Shown here piece after piece: positions 45,913-56,195 of a stretch of DNA of 64,000 nt. The first letter of the stretch is position 1; each line of letters opens with the position of its first letter. Source of the DNA: the human T2T-CHM13v2.0 reference genome, Homo sapiens; assembly GCF_009914755.1 (NCBI RefSeq), contig NC_060927.1; one strand, written 5' to 3'. The notes beneath the pieces are model-generated. The model saw only the letters and a list, made by a program, of their open reading frames with translations. It did not search any database and was not told the DNA's origin. Made by a program: the position numbers and the translations under genes.

Positions 45913-47271
45913 CTACTAAAAGCATAAAGAATGTATAACAACCTAATTGTTACAAGGGAGTGGAATTAATAATCTACAAGAAGGCACAAAAGGACAGAAA
46001 AGAAACAGAACAAATGAGAAAAATAGAAAGCCAACAGTAATATGGTAAACTCAAATATTAGCTTCTAGGCAATTCTATGTATGAGTAGACACTGACCAAG
46101 ATCTTGTCTCAATAAGATTTTAAATGTAAAGATTTTCATCTTTTACCTATTGTCCTCTGAATTCCGCCCATATCATTCTCACCTTAGTTTAATGGCCCTG
46201 CCTTGATGCAATTTGAAATAAGCTGCTAAGGAGATAACACCCTTAATCTATTCATTGCTGGTGCGCTTACCCAGTCTGGTTTAGAACCGTTTAACAAAGG
46301 CTTAGAATCATAATGTCTATGATTATTACCTCTTAGCTCCTAGTTTTACTGACTTCCATGTCTGGAATTACCAGCACTTCTTTTTCGTACATATGGATTA
46401 TATGAACTAAATGTATTGTTTCTTCCCTCACCACTGAAAATCTATTCAATATATGGAGTTACAATTCAAAGTATTTTACAACCCAGAAAATATGGCCATT
46501 CCGTATGTGGTGTGTATTTCAGAGGTGCTCTGCAAGCTCCATGAGGACAGGCATGAAGTTCAGGCTACATGCCTGGTACGTAATAGACGCTCTGACAGAC
46601 ATTTGCTGAATGAATAAGTTAGTCACTACGGCGTTTGTGGGCTTTAAAACACAAGTAAATGCGCTTCTATCGCCAAAACCTCACAGCTTCCCTTCTGCAA
46701 GGTGGCGTACAAGGCCCACGAAATAGTCGGCCGCCGCAGGTGCGCAGCCTGTCCAGCCTGTCCGGCTCGGGGCAGGCGACCTCGTCTGGTGGCAGTGGGG
46801 GAGGCAGCCGTTTGCTTCCTCACAGGGTGTGCCGGAATCAGAGGCTGGAGGCGTCTGGGGAGTAGGCAAATAAACAAAGCCAACCGCACCGAAACGGGTC
46901 GTTCCGTTTCACATCCTCCCTCGGGTGTCTGGGTCTTCTCGGAACAAAGTGACCCTCCATCTGTCCGCAGGCAGGTGGAGCCCGTCCCACGCGGCACGCG
47001 CCTTCCTTCCTCACAGCCGCGTGTAGACACGGACCCTCAGGGACACTGCGGACGCGAGAAAGGACACGCCCCCTCGCGGGAGCACAAGTCCACCGCACAG
47101 AACTCGCGCGCCTCCCCTCGAACGAACGCGCACGCGCGCGCAGGGGGCGGGTCTTCTTCCCGACACCCACTGAGCGCCCGGCCTCCTCACCCCACCCCAC
47201 CGAACTCCGGCCGCCCAGGCTCCGCCTCCGCGACGGGCCGTCGGGAGGAGGCGACCGGAAGCCACTTAAAG

Positions 47272-47479
47272 CAGAGATCGAGGTGACAGGCGAGCTGGCT
47301 GGACTCGGAGCGCGGTCGAGGCTTTCTGCGTTCGCGGCGGCGGAATGGCCCGTGCGCGGCTCGCCGCGTCGCGGCTCTGTGGTCCCTAGACGTCGGCTCC
47401 CGCCCTCGGCGCTGATCTCCGGCGCGGGCACTGCTTTCCACTCGGCTCCTGTCGTCCGTTCTCTCAGGCTCCCGTTCAG
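47272..47479 (+). other. TIPARP: TIPARP non-coding exon 1 (5' end approximate)
   Basis: Donor CAG|GTAAAG after 47479, downstream of the NRF1/GC-box/ETS core promoter. Confidence 0.75.
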
Positions 47480-47899
47480 GTAAAGGGCTCCGGGAGGGCA
47501 CTGAGGGGCTGAAGAACCCTAGCGGGGAGTGCGAGCGCCGGCCTCGCGGCTCCGGCCCCGGCCCCGGCCCCGCGCCGGCAGTGTGCGGGGCTCTCGCGGA
47601 TCGGGGTGATTGATTTTGAGACTGCCCTTTGTACCGAATTCACTCGGGTCCCGTCAGCATGAAGATGGAATTGGTTTACACTTCTTAGGCACTTAGAGCC
47701 TGTGGCAGGTGTATACATCAGACCGAGGCGCCGAAGGATTTAGTTGGGGTCGCAGGCGCCTGCCCCTTCCCCGTTCGTCAGGGTGGGGGCGCGTCTATGC
47801 GGCCTCCCCCGCGGGCCGACCCCGGGTGCTCTGAGGCGCCTAGGAGCCCTTCCCAGACCCCGGGGGGGGAGGGCACGGCAGCTACGGGAGCCTTCCGGC

Positions 47900-48075
47900 T
47901 ACCCCGCGTTTCGGGCTGCAGCCCAGAAGTTTGGAAGATGTTTTCACATTAACTTTGAGAGCGCACAAGTCTTCGTCTTCCTCCCCGCCGCCGCGGGAAG
48001 CGCTCGCCGCCTTTCCCCCGCGCTTCGCGGCTCAGTTCTGCGAGCCCCCAAGACCCGTTGGACGCTCCTCGGGAG
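47900..48075 (+). other. TIPARP: Probable alternative first exon (5' end unknown)
   Basis: Strong donor GAG|GTGAGC after 48075 inside the CpG island. Confidence 0.5.
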
Positions 48076-48671
48076 GTGAGCTGAGGGGGTAAAGAAGAAT
48101 TAGAGAGAGAAGGCGCCGCGAGTAGTCTCTGGGATGCAGGGAGGCCGGGGCGGGTCGTTGGTCCGAAGGAGGCTGGACAGGAGTTGGGGGGCGCCCAGGC
48201 GCCTGCTGAGGGGAAGGCGGGGGCGGGGACGCCCGGGAACACCCGGAATTGCAGAGCCGGGCGGCGCCTCAGCTGCACTGCGCGGAGTTGGCGCGGCCCG
48301 GGACCAGGAGCTGAGCAAACCGCCGCGGCCAACAGGAGGCGTCACTCGGACCCGGGCTCGGCGCCGGGGTGTCGCGCGGCGGCGGGCGGGCAGGCTTTGG
48401 AGCGGCGGTTTTTTCGGAAAGTGCTTTTGGCCGGGAGTGCCGCAGAACCCCAGCGTCACGAGGTGAGGGGTGTCGCGGTGTGTCGCCTGCCGCTGGAGAC
48501 CGGAGGATGTGTTCTTCTCATCTTTATTTTTCTGTTATGAAAACTAATTGAGGAGCTAGGTTCTAGTGGCTTTCCCCCTCCAGCCACTTCTCCAGTTCTC
48601 TGCTTCTTCCTCCCAGTTTTGTTTCCGAGTTTGATGAAAGGGCAATAATAGGAAAAGTTGCGCGCGCGCGC

Positions 48672-48678
48672 TTGCGTG
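48672..48678 (+). promoter_or_regulatory. AHR/ARNT xenobiotic response element (TTGCGTG)
   Basis: Exact TNGCGTG match in intron 1; TIPARP is an established AHR target gene. Confidence 0.55.
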
Positions 48679-49179
48679 TGTACGCGCAGACACACATATA
48701 AATAAAATCGATTTAGTGTCTATTTTACCTTGATTGGGTTTGATAGGAGTGGTTAGAGAGTGTGCGCGTGGGGAAAGCACAGGCCGGTTTGGTATGGTGG
48801 AGAGGGAATACCACAATCTGTGCCAATTGTGCCTTGAGGCAATAACACCAAATGATGAATAATAACGCCTGGCTTGGCTCCTTTCCAGTTGATTTATGTC
48901 TCATGTCAGATCCCTCCTTCTTCGTGAAGCTTTCCCTAACAATGCCAGCTTACAGTGAACTCTCCTTTTTCTGCCTTTTCCTTTTGTACTTATCATGTAA
49001 ATTTAATACTTCGTTATAAACTGCTTTGTATTTTACTTTTCTGAATTTGATGGACTTCTTACACATAGATTTATGACTCTCCAATTAAATTTTTAATATT
49101 CACTTTTGGGGACACTCAGTTTTACCTTTTGTTGTTGACCCACAAACAACAAAGAACTAAGCATTTAATATGTGCTTTT

Positions 49180-49330
49180 CTTAACTAATTCAGCCAACAA
49201 AATATATATGGAACACCAGCTGTGTGCATTGTGGTAGCTAGGCACTTTATTGGGCACCTAGGATGCATATTTGATTAAGTCATGGGACCTTGCGTCACAG
49301 ATCTCTTTCAGTTTATTGGACAAGAGAGAA
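49180..49330 (-). mobile_element. L2 fragment
   Basis: ttcagccaacaaaatatatatggaacaccagctgtgtgc...ctaggcact. Confidence 0.5.
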
Positions 49331-50340
49331 GAGGATTAATTGCTCATCACCATTCCTTTCTCACCTGGCACAATCTCAGTAAATGTTTTCAAATTTCAGT
49401 TTTTTTCAAGGGGTCTGATTCTTGGAAGAAAGGACTTTTTCGTCTCTTTCAGTAGTTGATTAGGAATCTGAAATTTGGTGTGTGTTTTATATTTTTTTTT
49501 TATTTTTCTATAGTATGCCTTCATTTGCTCTTTAAAAATGTATGTATGTAACTTTTCTGAAGGCAAGAACTAGGAGGCTTTTTCTGTGTTACCAAGTTGT
49601 GCTTGTCTTCTGACACATCGTGCAGTGGTTGTTGCTAATGGGGCTTCTGTTACTAAACACACCCTTGTATTCCATCAGAAGCGGTAATGTTTTTGGGGGT
49701 TGTAAAAGTAGACTCTTAACATTCTTGGATAGTATATTAGAGCTTTCTGAATATAGAAATGCTTAACAGACTCCTGGCTTTCTCCCATAGAACATTTCAA
49801 TTGAGAGCCCCTGTTACTTGTGTATGTTCTTATACCCTTAAATTGACTCACTGTTTTAAGTTTGAAGTTTATCTTTCATTTGATGAACTTTTAAAGAAAC
49901 TTTTTGTCAACTCATGAGATAGGTGATACATAAACAACTATAAAGAGAACCGCAAAGCTGAGTGGAAATGTGGTTTCCCTGCTGTCATCATCTAGATACA
50001 GTTATTTCTACCTCCCATTTCCCACCCCACTCTAACCTTATAGTAGAAATTCTTAACCTAGCAGAATTGCAAACTCTTATGTATTCAGTCCACAAATGCA
50101 TGCCAATGGCCTGTTGAAAGACTCTTCTACTTTTACCTGCTGTGTGCTTTTGAATAGCCTTGGGTGCTTTGGAGCCTTAATTTCTCGATAAAATTTAAAA
50201 TTGACTTGTAAAAACTAAATATAGTATAAGAGGAATGGTTTCAGGGAATCAGTCAGGACAAAAACAAAACATTTTAATGAATGAATGAAATCCAGTTGCT
50301 GTCAGTTTGTAAATGATCATCTTCCTTCCTTTCCTCGTAG

Positions 50341-50381
50341 GATTTTTAGACTCTGAGGAGCAGTTGGAGCTAATCCACATT
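50341..50381 (+). other. TIPARP: 5' UTR part of TIPARP exon 2
   Basis: Acceptor cttccttcctttcctcgtag|GA; 41 nt before the ATG. Confidence 0.9.
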
Positions 50382-51298
50382 ATGGAAATGGAAACCACCG
50401 AACCTGAGCCAGACTGTGTAGTGCAGCCTCCCTCTCCTCCTGATGACTTTTCATGCCAAATGAGACTCTCTGAGAAGATCACTCCATTGAAGACTTGTTT
50501 TAAGAAAAAGGATCAGAAAAGATTGGGAACTGGAACCCTGAGGTCTTTGAGGCCAATATTAAACACTCTTCTAGAATCTGGCTCACTTGATGGGGTTTTT
50601 AGATCTAGGAACCAGAGTACAGATGAGAACAGCTTACATGAACCTATGATGAAGAAAGCCATGGAAATCAATTCATCATGCCCACCAGCAGAAAATAATA
50701 TGTCTGTTCTGATTCCTGATAGGACAAATGTTGGGGACCAGATACCGGAAGCCCATCCTTCCACTGAAGCTCCAGAACGAGTGGTTCCAATCCAAGATCA
50801 CAGCTTTCCATCAGAAACCCTCAGTGGGACGGTGGCAGATTCCACACCAGCTCACTTCCAGACTGATCTTTTGCACCCAGTTTCAAGTGATGTTCCTACT
50901 AGTCCTGACTGCTTAGACAAAGTCATAGATTATGTTCCAGGCATTTTCCAAGAAAACAGTTTTACAATCCAATACATTCTGGACACCAGTGATAAGCTGA
51001 GTACTGAGCTCTTTCAGGACAAAAGTGAAGAGGCTTCCCTTGACCTCGTGTTTGAGCTGGTGAACCAGTTGCAGTACCACACTCACCAAGAGAACGGAAT
51101 TGAAATTTGCATGGACTTTCTGCAAGGCACTTGTATTTATGGCAGGGATTGTTTGAAGCACCACACTGTCTTGCCATATCATTGGCAGATCAAAAGGACA
51201 ACTACTCAAAAGTGGCAGAGTGTATTCAATGATTCTCAGGAGCACTTGGAAAGATTTTACTGTAACCCAGAAAATGATAGAATGAGAATGAAGTATGG
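50382..51298 (+). CDS. TIPARP: TIPARP / PARP7 mono-ADP-ribosyltransferase, first coding exon (aa 1-305 plus 2 nt; partial CDS)
   Basis: MEMETTEPEPDCVVQPP... is the recognised TIPARP N-terminus; Kozak attATGG; basic NLS KKKDQKR (aa 41-47); CCCH finger C243-x7-C251-x5-C257-x3-H261 (51108-51164); donor GG|gtatgt after 51298. Confidence 0.97.
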
Positions 51299-54200
51299 GT
51301 ATGTATTTATAACAACTTGTAGAACTGTTGTTAAATGCTATAGAGAAGGTAAAGAAGCTAAAAGCTTAGTAGGGTGGTTTCTTTCAGTAGTAACAGGTTT
51401 TCTTTTTTTCCACTATTATTCTTTTGACTGTGCTGTCCTGATTTTTCATGGTGGGTGAATGCAGGCTATTAACTCAACCGGACAATGAAAGTTTTACGAT
51501 TTGAACAATTCATATGTCAGTTCAACGTGCGTGTGACTGAGAAGTTGCACATACATTAAATATTGTGAATCAAATACTGTTTTAATCACCCAAGGAAAGC
51601 TGGCTTTTGAAAGAAAGTCTGGCGAATCTTACTATAACATAAATAATGAATCTCCTAATTTATCTAATTTTAAAGCTCTGCACATTGAGCAGCTGTTATT
51701 TTTTAAAGAAAAATAGTATTGTCGAGAGATGTTTGTGACCCTCTTCATTTTGAATGGTATAAACATCTTTTCTGTGAATGATTCAGAAGTTCCTCCCATA
51801 CTTCTGGATCTTTTATTAGTTTCCTTGGAACTTTTCACCATTAAGTTTATATTATAGATAAAATAAATTTTTCCAGAATTTAGGGTATTTTTTTTTTAAC
51901 CTGGAAGAGTCCTTTAACAATCAGTGAAGGGATGAATTTATGGTAAGGTATGTTTAATACTCAAACAATTATCCTTGAGTTTTGGTACACAAGATGTGTG
52001 TATACACATAACTCAGTTCTTTTAGTATGGATGTCTAAGCAGCATTCACTGGCAGGCAACTTGTATTTCCACATCTGAATTCTTTAAACTTTAAAATGAA
52101 GAAAATGATAGTTGCCTCATGTAAAGTTGCTAGTGCAAAAATGGCTATATAATAAGCATTAATGTTTACATCTGTAAGTTATTTCTCCTGTAGCATAGAA
52201 GGAGCTAAAGTGTGTGGTGTTAATAGCTATTTGTGTATGACCAAGAGTAAGGATTAAAATTAAAAGGGAGAGAAGAACACTTCTGTCCATGCTCCCTGAT
52301 TGGGGAGGCCATGAAGGCAACCTAACAGCTTCATACTAATGAATGGCCTGGTATAGTACTGAGATGACCCATATTGGAGGGGAAAATACACTGAATATAC
52401 CATCCCAGAAGTCCAAGAGAAAACAATTCCTTGAGTCATCTTTGTTCACAGATATGTTGATTTACACTACCTATGTGTCTAGAGAGTCAGCAAATGGTTG
52501 CAGTAAACCATTTCCAAGTTGTCTGATTCTGGTAGTCTTCATGTCAACCTTCTGAATTCTGACTGGTGCCCACAGAGCTTGTTCGCATTACAGAAACATG
52601 GTTTTTTTTGTTTGTTTGTTTTTTGTTTTTTCATTTATCTTGTTCCCATTCAGTAATGGGTAAATGGTTGTCTTTTAATAATTTTAATATTTCAGTTATA
52701 TAGTACATAAATCCATGTGTCTTTTTAGCAACTTAATTATCATGAGACTAGAACTTTGCATCTTGTGTTTCAAAAGGGAAGTGCTGAACAAGAAGAGAAA
52801 CAGTATAAAGCCCAAATTCAAAAGTATTACATAGAAGACCCTATGAGATAAAAGTAAGGTCATATCAAGAGTGTAGTTTTCCTGACTATAAATGTATTAT
52901 CTTGATAATATATTACACTCAAGATTCCACCTTGCTTCAGTAGTGAAAATCTTATAATACAGCTAAGTACTTTTAACTTATTTTTTTAAGCCGGCATTGG
53001 AAGAGAAAAATGTTTTTCCATTTTATCTTAAAAATCTTTTTAATAAGGTATTTTCCAAAATCTCTGTTGCCCATGAGCTAGCAATTCTAATTGCTATGTC
53101 AAGGGTAATTAATTTTATATACTCTCAAAGCCACTCTAATCCTTCTATCTCCAGATTGCAAAACTTTGCAGAACAGCGGCTCCCACTTCACCTTCATGAA
53201 GCAAATTTCCAGTCTGCTGAGTACTTCAGCATCTTGGTACATTAAGTTTCTATCTGTTTGAATTGATCAGGAAGAAACTAGCAGGATTATTGGCCAACAC
53301 ATGACAGTCTGTTACCATGAGAACAAGGCAAGATAATCATTTTGATCCCAGAAAATCCAGGAATTCTTAGGTCAGGAGCATATGGCTGTTTTTTATCCTT
53401 TGGTAAGATTGTTTTGCTTAAGAATAGACATAGATATAGGCCCATAAGCCTGCATTGTTGTATTATGAGGTAGTTGCAGTGGGTGCTTGATTTCCAAATC
53501 AGTTTTAATGAAGTAAACTAATGTTTATCTGACACTTGGGAGAAGAAAAGTGTGAGTGAAGTATTATAATTACCATTGCTCCTACTACATTGTTAGTGGT
53601 AATAAGTGGTCCTGTCCTAGGAAAATAGCAAAAAGTATTAACTGTTAAATTACTAGTAAAGTGAAGTTCTCTGAAGATTACAGGAAGAAATGTTGTAATA
53701 TAGTAGATAGCTAAGTGTCAAAAATTAGGCTTTTGGGAAGTTGACTTGTGGTCATTGCAACCTGGTTTTCCTTGTATTCCAAAGCGATGTTGTGTTTCCT
53801 GGCAACAAGATGCAGATAACGGCATGTTGAGCCTTGCTGAGAGATTCACAAACAAGCTGGAGCAGCCCAGGTTCACATGGTTACCACATTATTTGGCTAA
53901 AGCTATTAATCTCTGTGGTCAGGCCTGTAAAGCTGGTCTATCTGTGCAGATTGCGCATAACCAGGAAGTGTGTGTTCAGCTGTGTATATGTCGAAGTTGG
54001 AACCAGCAGTCTTTGGATTCAGAAATAATGAATGGCAGTTGTTTATCCCACTGTTTTCAGTAGTTTATATGACTTGGTAAATCATTATCATATTCTGTAT
54101 CCATAACATCTTCATTGTGTGATATACTTGGGGAAAGTTCATAGTTCTGGGTCTCTAGCAGAGATGAAAGTTCATAGTTTCAAACTGTACAGATAAAATC

Positions 54201-55998
54201 TTTTATTTAGCTTTGCAAATGTATTGGATTTAATACCTAAATCTAAATTATATGTATAGTGTTCATTTTGTTCTCAGGAATGAAATTGGAAAGGAAGTTG
54301 AACTAGATAAATTCACAGGACCTTTCCAACTTTTTAGTCAAGATGCTTAGATACTAAAAGCACATTAAAAAAGGATTTCAATAATACATGCTTATTTGTT
54401 CCTTGTAATGAAATTATGATGTAATCCCACTTTGCTTTCTCATTTTGCTTTTGTACATCTACAAACGTTCATTGCCAACATCAACTGCATACTAGTGTGT
54501 ATGTACTTCCCAGATATAGATGCTGAGGCTTCTTTTTTGCACACGAGATGAGCCTTGGAGAATTTCCAAATTCCAAATATACAGTTGAGAAACAACATTG
54601 AGTGTTGTGTTTTCGATTAAGAAAACAGAGTCTCGAACAGTGTAGGCACTCATCCTTAGTAGACGATGACATTGGATGGCAGAATTAAGCAGTTTTAAAA
54701 GAGCCTTGCACACTGTGGAGTACTGTTGTGGATAATTGAAATTATGGAGGTTGTGCAAATCTCTCTTTAGCAAACAAGATCACCACTAGTTTCATATTAC
54801 ATTCATTTTAAATTGAGCCAGAACAATTTTCTATTTATTTCCACCTGTCAAGAAGGGACACACTGCAAACCTTATTTTGGAGGCTACCTGCAGGTGCACA
54901 TGTGACCAATGATTATTTCTAATTCTGAATTTATTGAAAGAGAGTGGAGGTGAAGAGGAAGAGGAAAGTTGCAAACCCTGAATCCATTATTAATTTTTTT
55001 CAGAGGACAGGGTTTTTTTCTTTTGGGATTAATGCTCACTGATAAAAGAGGGAGCTTTAGTTGCTTTAAGGCTTAAGGCTAGAGTGTTGTCATAGTTTTA
55101 GTTGCTGAGTGATTTTGATTGCTAATTGCCCTTAGAAGTCTATTTTTAAACTCTGTCCAAGGGACAATACCATTAGATGACTTCACAGAAACTCTATATA
55201 AAAGAGAAATGTATATTAATGATCATAAAAAGCATATACTGTTACAGTCCCTATATGACTTGCATAGTGAATTAGCTAAACTAGAGCAAGCTCCTGACTG
55301 AACTCTACTGGAGTAGTTAAATTAGCCAAGTTAGCTCTGGCGTGCACAGCTGTGATGATGTATGAACTAACTCATTATGTGTTATTGATAACACTGGAGA
55401 GAGGAGAACAGCTGAAACTTACTATGCCTTGTGACTTTTTGGTAGTTCTTGAATATACACAGCTGGATGAGTTTAAATTTATTTTAAAAATTTCTGCCTA
55501 AGAGAAAGACAGCTCCATAAGCAAGAACTGTGTTTGAAGTGACTTTCAAAATGTGTGCCTTGTGCTTTAGGATAAAGCAATCCAATGAATTATTTTTTGT
55601 ACTTCTTTATGCTACTATTTACATATGAAATAAAACTAATTGGCTTCTGTCTATACTAACCCAGAGAAGTTACTGGATCTGTGTAGAGCTGTCATGGCAA
55701 TCAATAGCAATCATTTATTTATTCCCTTTTTGGTTTTTCATCAATAAGCAGATTAGACTTTTTGAAGCAGCTGCCACCTGGCTTCAGGTTGGGGTCATTC
55801 TTTTCCTGATGTATTTATGGTAATGAAAATGAACCTTGTCAAAATGATTTATAACTTTTAAATCAGACAGTTGGAGGAAATAGCTTGTAAGGTTATGTGG
55901 CATTCCCTAAAAATAATTGCATGATACATTATATATTTTATCATTGAGTTGAATCCAAAGCTCTTACTTTTTATTGTAAGTAAGAAAAAAAAGGAATA

Positions 55999-56195
55999 CA
56001 AGTTGAATATCCCTTATCCAAAATTCTTGGAGACCAGAAGTGTTTCAGATTTTGGATTTTGGAATATTTGCATAGTACCCCAGTTAAGCATCTGAAATCC
56101 GAAATGCTCCAGTGAGCATTTGGGTATCATCTTGGTGCTCAGAAAGTTTTGGGTTTGAAGCACTTCCGATTTTCAGATTTGGGGTGCTCAATTTA
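55999..56195. mobile_element. Tigger4a/MER46-like MITE
   Basis: TA-flanked; caagttgaatatccc...gggtgctcaattta terminal inverted repeats; gaccagaagtgtttcagattttgga. Confidence 0.85.

Larger units (their letters stand above)
45900..48400 (-). ncRNA. TIPARP-AS1: TIPARP antisense lncRNA (approximate span)
   Basis: Established knowledge that an antisense lncRNA overlaps the TIPARP promoter and exon 1. Boundaries cannot be derived from this sequence and are only approximate. Confidence 0.35.
46630..48500. promoter_or_regulatory. TIPARP: CpG island / TIPARP promoter
   Basis: Very high GC and CpG density against CpG-depleted flanks; NRF1 match CGCGCACGCGCG 47127-47138, GC box 47144-47151, ETS ACCGGAAG 47254-47261, GAS TTCTCGGAA 46936-46944. 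Confidence 0.95.

Noticed and set aside
46644-48816. Many overlapping 60-197 aa ORFs on both strands
   Set aside because: Arg/Pro/Gly/Ala-rich products expected from stop-codon scarcity in a CpG island; no domain similarity
50313-50381. ORF-track start at 50313 (MIIFLPFLVG...) as the TIPARP N-terminus
   Set aside because: This ATG is intronic, upstream of the acceptor at 50339-50340; the recognised protein starts at 50382
50249-51245. Minus-strand ORFs overlapping exon 2
   Set aside because: Antisense shadows of the coding exon with no independent support
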